DNA of 64,000 bases from Spironucleus salmonicida (taxonomy: Eukaryota): positions 248,001-312,000 of the forward strand of contig NC_090600.1 of NCBI RefSeq assembly GCF_000497125.1, read 5' to 3'. The notes beneath the pieces are model-generated. The model was not told the origin of the DNA, did no database searches, and saw nothing but the letters and a program-made list of their open reading frames with translations. Of this stretch, positions 42,251 through 56,256 are shown one piece after another. Position 1 is the first letter of the stretch. The number at the start of each line of letters is the position of its first letter. The position numbers and the translations under genes are program-made.

Positions 42251-43324
42251 ATGTTTAAATGTTGCAAAGCAGGTAATGGATCTTTTGATAAGATTGATGC
42301 GTCTTAGAATATTAACTTTTATGAATCTAATTAAGAAGCAGATAATATTATTGATAGTATTACATAAGCATAAAATGTAGATTCTGATTTTATGAATAAT
42401 TCTACACCATTAGATTAAACAGCATTTAAAGACGTTTAAAATGTCAAATTAAACTTCTCTATAAACCAAAAAAATCCTACTCCTGATATTGATGAAATAA
42501 CAGTTACTGAATTTCATAAATCTAAGTATTATAAATCCACGAACATTTATGAGGATGGATCTTAGTTTTCAACAGAAGAACCGTCGTAAGAGAACTAAGA
42601 TAATATACTTTTGCATTCCGTTAGGTCATAAAAGCAAAGTTTTGGCCCAATAGATGTTTCTATTTAACTATGTAGTAGTGCAATCGTTTAGGATTAATAA
42701 AAATTAGAAATTAAAGAATAAAAAGCACAAGACCTTTATATTTAATAACATTCTTAGTAATATTCTTCAGCATCTTCATATGAAAAGTATCGGCCTTAAA
42801 GAGAATCTAAAATAATCATTAATACTGTTAAAAATGTTGAGATTACTAATAATGAGCCTGACAATAGCTCAGAAAACTCATCCTACTTTTCATTACATAA
42901 TTCTGATGTTCCAATTATTGAAGTTGACGAATCTGATATTGATATTTACAAAAACACAATTCGCGCAGAAGATCTTCAATCAACGTTACCATATTCTCAG
43001 ATCAATTAATAATATATAAATTAACCAATCAACCAAATCACTGGCCAAAACTCTCTTCTTCAAACCACCACAAACTACCTTTCTTCGAGCTCTATTGTTG
43101 ACCAGCTAACAATATCTTCTCTAACAACTGTGTAAAAAGTAGCCCAACCACGAAAAACAAAAGCAGAACTTATGTAAGAAAATTAGCTCTATAGAACCTA
43201 GAAGCTGCAATCGTCTATTCTAAACACTCCATCCTATCCCCATCAAAATGACTACTACTGCAAGCCCCTGAAAATCAAGCTTCTCGGCGTCAAAACCCAC
43301 CTCTAAGACTCCGTGTACAAGTGA
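42251..43324 (+). CDS. Low-complexity hypothetical protein (357 aa), N-terminal MFKCCK
   Basis: Open frame, S/Q/D/E-rich; the N-terminal Cys pair could be palmitoylated. Confidence 0.65.
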
Positions 43325-43329
43325 CTCAC

Positions 43330-43677
43330 TCAGTTTGCATTCACTACTTCGTTCCCGACTTCAACATCTTTCCTCTACTCGTCGTTACACTTTTGCTCAA
43401 ATTCAGCCTTTTTCGCTTCATACTACGGGCTGCAGACTAAAATTATCATATAGATGCCATTTACTATTGCCCAAATCCACCCAATTACTATGAAGGCAAG
43501 CAGAAACTGGCAGAGTGCGATTACAAGAATATAACTGTTGAACTTACCTTTTTAGCAGCAGCTGGCGATTGCGAGTCCGAGGCCTGGGAAGAAGCAATTA
43601 ACGACACCTAAACAAATACCAGCTATTCTGTTTACAAAAGGGACAGGTAAAATGGCGTTCCAGCGCTCGTCGGACAT
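43330..43677 (-). CDS. Spec3/Stum-family small membrane protein (115 aa)
   Basis: LPVP...ICLGVVNCFFPGLGLAIA...QFLLAFIVIGWIWAIVNG matches the N..PG.G / Q......GW.W....G signature. Confidence 0.8.
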
Positions 43678-43692
43678 TCTTTGGGTTCGCAA

Positions 43693-43986
43693 TCATTTGT
43701 ACTACTGGTTGTTGTCAAGCATGGAGGACCGTGCACTTACAACATTAACTAACAGACCAATCTAAGATTAACATCGTGAGGATGATATTTTTGAACTGTT
43801 AGTAGTGTGTTCTATTGCAGGCTTTATCATGGACTAGAACGTACTCGTCGGGACGTGGATTAAGGAAGGTAGCGCCGTATGGCTGACAATATTCGGCACT
43901 TAAGATTATTGCGCTTTATCAGGCTCTATATGAGCGTGATTTTCGTTTCCAAGAATAGCTTTTAGGTTTTGCGAAACTGCACCCAT
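43693..43986 (-). CDS. 97-aa ORF in frame with, and 15 nt upstream of, the Spec3/Stum gene
   Basis: MGAVSQNLKAILG...QQYK-TGA; a plus-strand ORF from 43721 is an alternative. Confidence 0.4.
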
Positions 43987-44108
43987 TTTCGAGGAAACTG
44001 AAATATAAGGATGCTATAATATACAAAATATTAATAGTAAGGATACGATAGTTTTTTACTATTAATTATATTTCAAAACTAATAATATTGTTAAAATTGT
44101 AAAATAAG

Positions 44109-44675
44109 TCAGTTTAAATTCATATAATATTGAAATGAATCTTTCGATAATATAATTGCACTTGGTTCAAATTTTTACAAAAGATGCTCAATAAGTTACA
44201 TGTGTTTTTTATGACCGTTACTTTCATTATTGATTATTTCAATGGATAGTACTTGTTAAAATAACTTCAAATCATCTTAAGTTATTAAAAGCTACTCAAA
44301 GGTAATATCAAGATCTTCGAATTCTTTAATATTTTAACTTTTCATGATGGATAATGATATCAATAAACTTTAAATAGCAAGAAGGCTGAGTTTATGACCA
44401 TCTTCAAAATATTAAAATTTTAACGAAAGTTCAATAGGAGTACCATAACAAATATACTTATTAGAATTTTAAGGATAGAATAGTGGCTGTAATAAAGAAT
44501 TAAGATGTTATAATTATTCATCATAATCTTTAACATGCTGTGTTTCAAAACAAAGATCATAAAGTTCAGTAACAAAATCATGAATTTCTTCTTTTTGATC
44601 TAATTTATCACTCACTCTATTTTGTTTAAGTGTTATACTTCTAGATTTGCTTTGTTTTGTTTTATGCCCTTTCAT
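44109..44675 (-). CDS. Hypothetical protein (188 aa)
   Basis: MKGHKTKQSKSR...YMNLN open frame. Confidence 0.55.
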
Positions 44676-44712
44676 TCGCAATAAGTTTTGACATACTTAA
44701 ATATATATAATA

Positions 44713-45144
44713 TCATAAATTGCCCAAAGAAAACTAGGTTGATAATATTAAATCTACCTCTTTCTTATACTGTCCTATAATAATAGGTTCTTCCTATTAT
44801 ACAAACTTTTAATAACTATGCTTAACTTTTCCTCTTTTTTATCCAGCTTTATCAGCTTATTTCAAAAAATTATGAACTATATTTGATGGTAAATTTTAAA
44901 TACTGATTGGTTAGAATCTTTCAATTTATTTATCTCTGCTAACAGATAATTAGTTTTTGAGATATTTAAGTATGCATTTAACTTACTAAAAATTATTTTA
45001 ATCTTCAAGTACTGATAACTATGTATTTAATGGAAGCGATAATGTTTTTCGTTAAAATCTCTTAATTAACATCAATTAGGGTAGCTTAAAAAGAGACTCA
45101 GTAATAGGATCTTTTTAATTATTAAAATGCAATGAATTGGTCAT
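44713..45144 (-). CDS. Hypothetical protein (143 aa)
   Basis: MTNSLHFNNQKDP...SLGNL open frame. Confidence 0.5.
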
Positions 45145-45305
45145 ATTAAATTGTAATGTAATATATATAAAATAAGAGCAATATTTTTATTATTTATAAT
45201 ATTTTTATTATTTAACTATTTGTGATATATTATAACAATTTCATCAGGTATAGTCATATTTATATATTATTATATCTTAAATAAATACCGAAAGTTCCGC
45301 ACAAA

Positions 45306-46340
45306 ATGTCATAATTGTTCCAAACCTTTATGGATGACTCAACATCACCACAACACATCTAATAACAAGAAATATTCCTTTAAGAAGGAATGGAAGAGTA
45401 GCAGTCTTTAAAACTAGAAAATGATCGTCTTAAAAGTGTTTGTGCCAAACTATTACGCTCACGTCATTTGCAGACTAAGCTTCACCCTTTTGCTGATCAT
45501 GGAAATCGTACAGAGGCTGAAATTATAGTAAAATATCACTAAACTTTGTCAGAAATTGATTAAATTCGCGTAGATATTGCTGCGTTGTAGTCTAGATCTG
45601 ATCAGGAGCAAATAGTTCTTAGAACATCATTAGAAGAGGTAGAACGTTAAAAAGAAGAGGCTTCCGTGGCATTTTCTCTAGTTCGGAATGCAGCATTAAC
45701 CCTATAAGTACGAGCTTTTGGAGTATTTCTAACTGACGAGTAAGCCTAAAAACTTGAAAACGATTTCACTGAGTAATTAGAATTAACTGAAGGGTCGAGA
45801 TTAGCTTAATTAGAAGCGTAAGAAGCTGTCAATGTTCTTGCTGCTTAGACAAAATCATCTTCTAATTTGACAGATAAATTAAAAATAATAGATTATGAAT
45901 AAATCAAAATAGAAAATTAAACACTAGCAGAAAAAATTGAAGAAAGAAGCGAAGAACTTCTTAAATTAAGAAGAAGAACAGTTTCCACATTATAAATTCT
46001 AGCTCATGTACGTGAAAAAAGACACTTTGTCGGTCAATAGGTTATTTTATTGGAAAGGGAAAGAGCTTCTTTAGATGAATAAGTTGGCTAGTTGAGAAGT
46101 AAATTAGGTAGTCTAAAAACAGATAGAAGCAAAAAGAGAAAAGAAGCAGATGAGAGCAGAGATTAAACTGGGCTTAGTGGAAACGCAATTCTTGTTGATG
46201 ATTATGAAAGGAGAACACAAATGGTTGAATAATTACACGTATAGATGGGTGTTTTACGGGAGAAATAGGCGTAGCTGTAAGCACAATATGAGGAACTTAC
46301 AAAGGCTATTATGAGAAAATAGAATGGATTAGAATGGTGA
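45306..46340 (+). CDS. CCDC96: CCDC96/CFAP184-like ciliary coiled-coil protein (DUF4201; 344 aa)
   Basis: IIDYEQIKIENQTLAEKIEERSEELLKLRRRTVSTLQILAHVREK versus family consensus LIDFEQLKIENQ...KIEERNEELLKL. Confidence 0.85.
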
Positions 46341-46344
46341 TTTA

Positions 46345-46929
46345 TCATTTTTTAAGGATTTAGTCAACAATATATTTATATCGATTGACGTCAAGAGCCT
46401 GATTATAGTCTGAAATTTATATTTATTGACATGTGTAATACGCTCGATGAAGTTTTTTTCGTTTTAATTCAACAGATTTCTTCTACGGACATGCTAGTAT
46501 TTCACTAGAAAATTTAAATAGTTTTGACTGTGCTAATATAGTATCTTAAATTTTTGATTCTTTTAGTTATTTAAAAGAGTCAATTATATTTGGATTGAGC
46601 GTAGGATATTTAAGCTAAAATCTAAATTCTTAGAAAACAATATCATCTGGATCAAATTACAACATATTTTTACAAATTTCATGTATTAATGCAATAATAA
46701 CGCTTTTATTTGCTTCTTTATCATTTTTTTCTACTTCAATATTTCGTAATACTCGTTGTTTAGAATATTACGGAGTGTAAACCTAAAACAATTTTTATAT
46801 TTAATCTTCATGCTTAGGTTTCTACTAGAATTTAGTAAAGCTAAATTAAGATAGACTTATATTCTCCAGTTATTTCCTAGATTATGATCGCATATATTTT
46901 AAATGCGACTAAGATGAGAACATTTTCAT
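46345..46929 (-). CDS. Hypothetical protein (~194 aa)
   Basis: MKMFSSQSHLKYMRSQ...; start and stop in frame. Confidence 0.55.
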
Positions 46930-47436
46930 AATCACATTATTATCTAATAATTATATATAAATCGAAAATTAGAGTAAATTTTATTTAGTAAATAGCATAA
47001 ATTATTGCGCTATTAACTTAATATTAACTATTATTTATATCTTCAAATCCTATTATTTGTTAATATATTAATTGATTAAGTTGTTATATTTACTTTTGGT
47101 ATTAAACTAAAAAATAAATTCATATTTTTGAATAGTAATGGTAATCCTAGTAGTGCTAATATTATTTTACAGTGATTTTTTTATATATAATGGTTTTATT
47201 AATAAATATGAACAATTATAGTATTAAACTTTATTTAAGGTTATGAAAAAAAATATTTTGATAATACAAATAAAGATAATATTTGCTATATTTATATATA
47301 ATATTATAGAACTGTATTTTATTTTGAAGATTTTTCACTTTTTTCTTGGTTAAAAGATTTTTAGAGCTAATAACTCGCCTAAACAGATCTCACATTAACT
47401 TCTATTTATTAAAAATAATATATCTATAATGAAGCT

Positions 47437-48294
47437 TCATAGCAAATTTTAGTCATCTATCAGTATAATATTATTTTATATCAACCATTCTTTTTTAAGA
47501 ATTCTTTCAATTTTAATGAAATATTATTATGTCAAAAATAATTTTTCGAACATCGATTAAGGATTTTTAGAATATGAGTTTAATAGAAAATTAGGCATTA
47601 GATTTGCTATTGATCCAACACTTATTTATCTTTCAGTAATAAAATTTTAAATAAATTTTCTTTTTGTAGTTATTAATACTTCAAAACAATGTGTTTCTTA
47701 TTTAAATATTTTTAATATTGTATTACATGTAATTTCAACCTATGCAATAAGCTCTTATAATTAATATGCTTATTCTGTTTACTTGGCTTATAGTAAGTTT
47801 TTCAAATCTTTTTTTAAACTCAATATAAAATTTTCCAAAAATACAATAGCATCTTTACAATAGTCTCCCATTATTAGACTCGTATCTCGCATCTGCTCAA
47901 ATGTGAGTAATTTTCTAGGTTTAATAGCTTTATCTTTTGAAGTCAGTTTGAACATAAATAATTAATCAGCCTCAAATTCAAGCCAAAAAATTCCATATTA
48001 AAATTAATAGAATTGCTTGATATCTTCAAACGATGAAACAATTGTAATTTATATGTCAAAATTTGGAATTTAGTTGAAATATATATAATATCTTTAAAAA
48101 TAGCAGTGATGAGATGCACAACCCTATATTTTAAATGTTTATTAGTGCTTATCTAAATTCCGTAAATATAATACTTTTTTTAATTACATAAATGAATTTA
48201 AATATTCTTTTTACTGATTAGTTAATTTATCATGCGTAATAGCTTATCGTATTTTGTACTTAAGATCTTCATTTAAAACAATAAAATAATTCAT
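47437..48294 (-). CDS. Hypothetical protein (285 aa)
   Basis: MNYFIVLNEDLKYK...IDDQNLL; scanned TGA-free. Confidence 0.6.
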
Positions 48295-48324
48295 TTTTCT
48301 TATACAAAATTAAATTATATATAC

Positions 48325-51300
48325 TCATTCTTAGTTCGCAAAAAAATTTTTCAAATTGTTAATTGCTCCACCTATTACAACAAGTGCACCCTCTGGCTTA
48401 ATTAGCAATAAACTCTATACTATTTACTCGATGGCTGAACTGAGCTGCAAAATTGCACTTTCAAAATCATATACTAAAATATCGCATTAACTGACTTCTG
48501 CTAAACTAATTATTTTTTTCCAATATTATTATATCATCTACCCATTTTATGTCTTTAAGTGTACCTGGAATGTCCTTTCTATGTCTCCCATTAAATTTTT
48601 AAAATTATTAAAGACCATAACAGAATTTTTAATAAGACGCTTCAGATCCAAATTTGCAGTTTTATCTAATATATCGCTAGAAACTAGTGAAAATCTTCCA
48701 AACTAAAACGACTCAAATAGATCCTAAAATTATGTCCAGCGCATAATTCTATTTTTGAAATCGGTTGTCTGCAGGTCGTAATCTTTCACATGAGTGTCCT
48801 GATTCTCTATTCGTGTTTTATAAATATTCTCGCTGAACTGATAAAACGCTTCAGTAATTGACTAAGCGGTCCATAAAGGAACTAAGACCTCACACATTTA
48901 CCTAAAACTACCATATGTCAAATTGGGATAAGTTTTTTCTTCTTTTGCAAATTATGTGTATACGAACTAAGCACTTTAAAATGTAACCTTTCGGAAGCTT
49001 CCATAAGCATGCAAAACAAGTGGGGCTAGAACTTAGAATTCAAATGTTGATGGAAGCTTATTCAGAGTGTTTTGATATATGATTGCATATATATTTTAAA
49101 TAAATGCATATTAACGTTTTGGTTCCCAATTTTTTAGTAGTTAATTAATCATTGCAGGGATGCTTTATATTAATACAAGTTCAGGATTTGCAGAATTAGT
49201 AAAACTTTCTAACCCCATCATCTTTCTCATTTCTATATAGACAAGGAAATAATCGCTGGGAAGTTCATCGAAAAGTAACCTCGAGAATAAATAAATTTCT
49301 TCATTTTCATATTAATAATAAGCTAGATTAGCTATTAAATTCCATGCTAATGTTTATATCAATATTGAAACACCATATTTATTTTAAGCCCAAAAAATAA
49401 GATAATGTGCTAATGACTCTGCTTATGACCGTGAAAGTTACCCAGAAATAACATCAAACCGCTTTTTAGTAGTAAGTTCAGAGGGAGTCGATGGTTATTC
49501 AATCTATTGAACAATAAATGAATTAGAAGAGTTTTGCCGGTCAGTGAGAATTTATCTAATTAGTTTAATTATCTGAGGTAAAGGCTTAAGTACAACATTT
49601 TCTAATGGAACTTCAAGATATGTTTGGTTATTTATTTTTATAACAGATATGTGCTTAATTGATATGTCTTCTAAGAGGGCAATGATATTTGGTAATTATT
49701 TTGAAGATGTTAATGATGAGAATCTAATAAATTTAACAGTTTCTCCTAATTTTGGAAACATTATTTACCCAAAATCAGTATTTATCTTTGATTTAACTTA
49801 TTTTCCTCTAAGTTATAGATGGGTAGTATTTAATAAATATTGAAAATAGTTTTTAGTATTATTTTATAATTATGAATCTGATAGAAACACTTTTCCCATA
49901 TCAATTCTTTTCAATATACAGGGGTACAACTATATTTTTGTATCTAATTTATCAGGGTAGAATTTTAAATAAAGTTTATCAACGATATGAGGTACACGGA
50001 AGAAATCTATAGGTTACTATTTTGATAAATCTAATGAATTTTTAAGAAATGATCCATACCTTGGATGAATCTCAATTGGAGAAGGCTTAACTATTTTCTT
50101 AATTATTTAAACTCTCCCTTAGTTTGCTATAAGTTAAACAAAGTCATCATAAGTAGGAATATCATGTTCTTATTTAATTAGCATATCATTTGTGTGTTTA
50201 AGCGGTTTATCCTTCATTGTAACATAAGAATTTGTGGCCGCCTTTAGTTTACTTGCTTAACCACCCCTATTTTAGCTCTATTTTTTAGCTAATACCTTGT
50301 CTTGTTCTTCAACATCATCAGCATCAAACCCTAATTAAAAATGAGTTTATTTACCATATATTTTATGATTATTTAGTAATTACTATTATTATTATTGTGT
50401 AGATGTTTACTTTAAATTTTAATACACGCTTGGGATTGTATCAGATATATGCGTCTCTTATTTCTGAAAATATTCTGAAAATGATGGTATTTCGTTTTTT
50501 CTATTAATAGAAAATGGATCTTAAAGATCCTTCTCATTTTCCAACATTTTTTAATGCTCATTATCAGCTTATTTTCCAGAACTTTAAATTAATTGTTATT
50601 TATTTTTAATACTTTATTATAATTCTTTGAAAGCTCCAATTACAGGAGTTTCAACTATTTTCTAGTTAAAAACCGTTATATCGTCAGGTCTATAAATTGG
50701 AATACTTTATATAGCATCATTTGCTCCAATAGCCAGCTAATTAGAAACTTTAAAGTGCCTAATATCTTATCCTTCTTCTTAGTTTTTATCCCAATCAAAA
50801 TCTAAAAATTCCTCGACTAATTGATCTGTTTAGACTAAAATTTCTTTTGTTTCTAGAGTGGTTTGAACTTCTTAGCTTATATTGACTTACTTAACATATC
50901 TAAGTAGATGTTAGTCTAAATTTTCATTATGCTAAAAGCTTGGTAAGCCTTAAATAGAACTGCTTGATTAGTTAGACTATTCTTCATCTTAATCAATATT
51001 CTCTTTAATTTAAGTTTCATCTGGAACTAGTTAAATTTGTTATTATTTTCTAAGATGTTCTGTACCAGATTGTGTAATTTTACTCTAATTAGTGTATTAG
51101 TTTGGTGTTTTGATCTCAAATTGTGACAAATCCCATTCTTCCTCACCGTTTTCTGCTTTAATATTTTACAAAGAATGTTTTAAAATACCAGCATCTTGAC
51201 ATTTTCTAATTAATTCATTAATCTTTAATTTTAAATATTTAACATTTTCTGATTTATTTTCAACTTGTAGACCCACAGTTGCGTGTTGAATACCATTTAA

Positions 51301-53391
51301 TTGCATTTGATTTTTATATCTTTATTATTCAGAAATTATAACTTTTTCTTTATCAAATGTTGCTAATTTTTCTTTAGAATTCGAATTAACTTCTGAATTC
51401 AGTTAATCCTTAAGATTAGATATCTATAATATAGTAAGATTAGATTATTTTTGATTGGAATTTGGTGTTTATTAGTTAACTGTAAGTAATTAATTTTCCT
51501 ATTATAATTAATTAACATTTTTCTATTTTTCTATTTCTGCTTAATTATCAGCAGATTTCTATTCAAGTAACTATAATTCATGATCTTTTTATTTCTTTTC
51601 TAATGCTTTTTGCTTGATTTAATCTTTAGTTAATATTTTATCCCTGGATTTTGGTGTTTTTGTATGATACTCATTATCACTGCTTTCTTCTTTCTATTTT
51701 TTATCATTAAATATATTAAATTCATACTCGTTTTCTGTCTGCTCTTATATAGAGTACTAGCTGTCTGTACTATTTTCAATTGGCGATTAATTAGAATGAT
51801 GTATTGATTCTTTTCTAGAAGATTCAATATTTAATTAATTAAGCATATTTCTTTAAGTTAATTTTCTAGCATTTGATTTTCTTTATTGAGTATCGATAAT
51901 ATTTTATGCCAAATTTATTTTAAGTGAAGATCTGTTTGGTCTCATAGTTGAGTGCTTCTAAGTTTAGATTTATAAAGTTTATACCTCTTTGCAAAATATC
52001 TCATTTACTGATGTCAGATCTTTTGTAAGTGACTATAATATTGTCTCAATAGAACTTTTTTAATTTAAATTTTGTAAAATTGATCTTAGTGAATATAATC
52101 CTTGTGTATTAATATTAAACTATGACAGTTTACCAATTATATCAGATGAAGTTAAATGAACAATAGTTTAAATAGCTTCTTTAACATTATTATTTAGTTA
52201 GTTTACATTATTTAACTACTCTGGAGACTCACCATATTTATAAAGCTTTTATAAATATTAAGACTTTTATTGCTAAAATTTTTATTTTTAATCTTCTAAA
52301 TCGTTAGTAAATTTAAAAATTTATTATTCTTACAATTTAACTTAATTTTAAAAAGCTTTTAGCTTATTTTCTAGCATGGTTTTTGTATTATATTCGGATT
52401 ATAATTTTTTTTCAGATATATGAAGCTTTTCAATTGACTAATCAGAAACTTATCTTAATCTTTAAGAAACAGATGTCAAATGCTTCACCCTTTAATTTAA
52501 ATTTTCTATATCTGATTATAATTGGAGATTATTTCCAGTTAAAATTTTATTTTCATAAGAGAGTCTTTATTAGTTTTCAAGTAATTCTTAGTTACTTAGT
52601 GTTAAATTAGTATTCTATATCTTAAGTTCTATAGATTCTTCATGTAATTTATTGAACTCAAATTTTTACTCCGTTAATTCAGCTATCTTTTACGATAAAA
52701 AGTCTCTTGTGTACATCAAGTCATGCTCTGTTGTAATAATTTTTTTATCTAAAGAGATTGTAGCCTATTCTAATGCAATCAATCTCTGACCCTTTCTAGT
52801 AGCTTTATTTATATAATAATTCTTTATTCTATTTAAAACCTAAATAATTTTTTCGGAACCTTCAAATTAACGTAGTAACTATAAACATTATTCAAAAGTA
52901 ATTGTATAAACTTCTAATTCGTTAACTGCCTTACCTTCTTCTACTATTAATGTATCAGTATTATCAACAAAATCTTAAATGTCTTCTAATTTAAGTGTAA
53001 CGTCCTACTAATTAGAAAATGGCTACTCTATTACTTATTTCATTTCTAATTTTTCAATATCACATACTGGATTACATCCAAATAAAAAATCATCTTCATT
53101 AACAATTGTTGATAATGCATCTTTAAGGTCAATTAGTCTTTATTTTGGGTCTCCAATGAAAAATTTTGTGCTTAATATTTATGGATTATCTGTCATATGA
53201 CTTTTAAATGTCTATGCTTCTTACTTGACTCTATCATCCCATACAAAATTTTATGTTCTTTCTGTAAAAACTTGTGAGTTAGGGACTTCTATTTTTATAT
53301 GAGAATTATCTTAAATATTACTAACTGTAGGTAGCCGTGTCCTTTTATTAGTTAACGTAAAGGTTACTAGGGGTGATGGGGCACGTTACAT
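48325..53391 (-). CDS. Giant coiled-coil protein (~1688 aa), weak TSNAXIP1-like segments
   Basis: Frame scanned TGA-free. LEVYTITFEQCLQLL...VLNRIKNYY near the N-terminus and KYGVSILIQTLAWNLIANL...EIYLFSRLLFDEL near the C-terminus recall TSNAXIP1-type ciliary proteins (inference). Confidence 0.75.
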
Positions 53392-53698
53392 TTAATATAT
53401 ACGTTTATTGTATATGCATTCATATTAAATATATAATTTGCTGAATTTTGTAAATAATAAAATCTATCTATTAACATAATAATAATATTAAACTAAGCGG
53501 ATATAGAATATGTAATCCTATTTATCTATAACTAGCTAAATGGTCATAACCTTAAAAATCATAAATAAATTCTTTTATCTGTCTATTCAAGATTGAAACT
53601 CCCAATATTCACATAGTTTATTAAATTATTATCAATATTTGTAATAGTACATTGCTTATTATTCAATATATATTATAGACCATTTAAATAAAATATAT

Positions 53699-53920
53699 AT
53701 GTCATCATAATCATTATCTTCACACACATCACTTGATTTATAGTTTGAATTAGAGTACGGTTCACTTGGAATACGAGTGGATAACTTACTGAAAAGTGTT
53801 AAAAATTCACAATAAAATCATGAATCATAGCATTCAATAAGTTAAGAAATTAGTACTAGTTATTCTTATTCATAAAAGATTGAGTCAAATAGTGAAATAG
53901 ATCTTAGTGACTTAAATTGA
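53699..53920 (+). CDS. Small Ser-rich hypothetical protein (73 aa)
   Basis: MSSQSLSSHTSLDL...DLN; convergent with the next gene. Confidence 0.35.
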
Positions 53921-53926
53921 AAAAAA

Positions 53927-54367
53927 TCATAAACTTTTATCCTATTTTTAGCACCAGAAAATAATTCCTTCAAATTATTTAAACTGGCGATAGCACTTCT
54001 CTAAAAGCTGTATACCAACTACAGAATCCACCATAAAATCATACTTCTTCCCAGATTTATCTTCTGTCCACAAATTAATTTTAGAACCTTTTATTTGATA
54101 ACGAATTTCTCTAATATCATTCGCTGCTACTACTATTCCTGTATTTCTGATATTTTTCATTGGAAAATAATATATGATATCCCCGTTAACTAATGGGGTA
54201 GTGATAGGCGAATTATTTGAAACATTATCATTTCCAAAGACAAAAGATGTAAAATTATTAATTGAATCTGATGGGACCGATACATTATATTTTGTATATT
54301 TCGTTAAAGTTTTATGGTAATTTAACTATAACATGGCAAAGCTTGAATAATAAGCGTAAAATATCAT
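53927..54367 (-). CDS. Hypothetical protein (146 aa)
   Basis: Extends track ORF 53975-54160 at both ends in code 6. Confidence 0.6.
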
Positions 54368-54480
54368 TACAGTTTTTAATTTTAATATTATTCCCTATCA
54401 AATAATAATAATAATAAATAATTCACCTATTAATATATAATATTACATATAAATATAAGTTATAAAAAACGTAGACAGGT

Positions 54481-54924
54481 TCAGAATTAAGGTGCTGTAT
54501 TTGGTAAAACTGGTTTTATATCGTCTTCTGACGATTTTATAGCTGAATGATGAGGTTGATCTTATTATTATGGTGGTTATTATACATGTTATTAAATAGC
54601 CTCATAGCCTTAGGGAAGTTCTACTAGTTCACCATTTTATCCTTAAACAAATAATCTTTATTACATTTCAACTCCAGGTCTTTCTTATGGTGGTAAATAC
54701 GCGAAGCAACAACCTTTTCTAACTCTAGTAAATCCCATTCTACGCTTTTATATATCATATACTCTCCACAAACTTACACCAATAAGAATGAATAGCATGA
54801 TATAAATTATATCATAAACTAATGAAATTTTTGTAAGTCCACCTTAACAGCGATAATATTAATAGTAAGAATAACATTTTGAAAGACATTATTCTAGACA
54901 TTGCTATTCAGAAAAGAAAGTCAT
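54481..54924 (-). CDS. Cys4 single-pass membrane protein, paralog A (147 aa)
   Basis: MTFFSEQQCLEQCLSKCYSYYQYYRCQGGLTKF-[TM]-RVYDIQKRRMGFTRVRKGC. Confidence 0.75.
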
Positions 54925-54984
54925 TTTTGGAGTATAGTATAAAGTTAAAAAATATTATATTGTAGAATTTTATAGTAAAATATA

Positions 54985-55851
54985 TCATTCAAAATGAGCT
55001 TCGATCCAACTTTCTATATCTATTCCTTTACCGCAACAAATACAGCCATAATGTTTCATAATAATTTCAAACTGCTCAAATTCATCTAACATCTCAATTT
55101 TCTCCATCTCATTTCTACCATTCCATTTCTTATAAACCTCCCAAGCTTCTTTGCAAAATATACTTTCACACTCATTCTCTAAAAACCTAGCCCTATAACT
55201 ACCCGTATAGCCAACTTCTGCAAATGTAGGCATGAATGTTTCGCGACGTGACATGTTAAATATCATTGTATCGCCAAATTTGTCATCAGGATTGATCATT
55301 TCAAATGAAATATATGCATAATATGCAAACTAACGCATTTATTTAATTAGATCAATTGTTGAATCTGATTCTATATATGATACGACGACGTCAGAAATAA
55401 ATAATGTTGGAATATCCTTTTAAAACTAAAGAAGAATATCAGGTTCTTCTAAATCACCTGATTGTATAGAGTAAAATTCATTATATTTATAAGTACCATC
55501 ATCTTATTTTTACATATTAAGTTTATGAGCCTTAGTTTAAATAATTTCTGGTAAATCTAACTCAGTAAATTTCATCGCAGGCTCATTTAGCCTGAAATAA
55601 AGAGTATCAAGACCACCACCAAGCACTATAATTTATCCATTTTCGTGAGTTTGTATAAATTTTAATGCTAGTTACTATATAAAACGAACACGGAACCATG
55701 TACCACGGTTAATCATGGGATCTTTATGTTATGGATTTTTGTGATACACTTTCTATAACATAGGATCATCAAAATACTTTTTATACGCTGCAGAAGCTTT
55801 AGAGGCAATTGCGTCATTTGCAGTGGCTTGAGCAGTAGGTTTGTAGGACAT
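54985..55851 (-). CDS. LCMT1: Leucine carboxyl methyltransferase (PP2A methyltransferase; 288 aa)
   Basis: QATANDAIASKASA...YFDDP, PMINRGTWFR, QIIVLGGGLDTLYFRL, ELDLPE, EMINPDDKFGDTMIFN, EMLDEFEQF..IMKHY. Confidence 0.93.
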
Positions 55852-55914
55852 TTATTAGTGAAACTTAAGATCACCATTATTTTATAATAAAGTATATAAT
55901 AAAAATATACAATT

Positions 55915-56256
55915 TCAGACTAAATCTAAACTATCTTCGGCATTTTTACAAGTTTAGTATTCTTTTAAGGCTTACTCTAATGATAATATATCCTTATTTT
56001 AAAAAAACATAGTATTGTCTACAAATTTATACTTTAAACGACATCCTTATCTTACTAACTTATATCCTATTTTTCTTTTGTACTTATCATAATAACGAAA
56101 ACAAAGCAAAACAGTTAGCAGCAACAATACAACAAACAAAATATCAATTATTAAAGATATTTTAGTAAAACCTGACTTACAATTGTACATATCTCCTTTA
56201 TGTATGCAAACAGAAAGACACATTTTTTAACATTGGACTTCAGAATCAAAAGTCAT
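55915..56256 (-). CDS. Cys4 single-pass membrane protein, paralog B (113 aa)
   Basis: MTFDSEVQCQKMCLSVCIHKGDMYNCKSGFTKI-[TM]-RYYDKYKRKIGYKLVRQGC. Confidence 0.75.

Noticed and set aside
43705-43740. GTAAGT...CAG intron-like segment on the minus strand
   Set aside because: Lacks the ACTRAC branch point fused to the 3' splice site typical of diplomonad introns, and removing it would not remove the TGA.
48292-48327. In-frame TGA between the 1688-aa gene and the following 285-aa ORF (possible readthrough)
   Set aside because: Separated by a typical AT-rich spacer with its own ATG; being in frame has a 1-in-3 chance.
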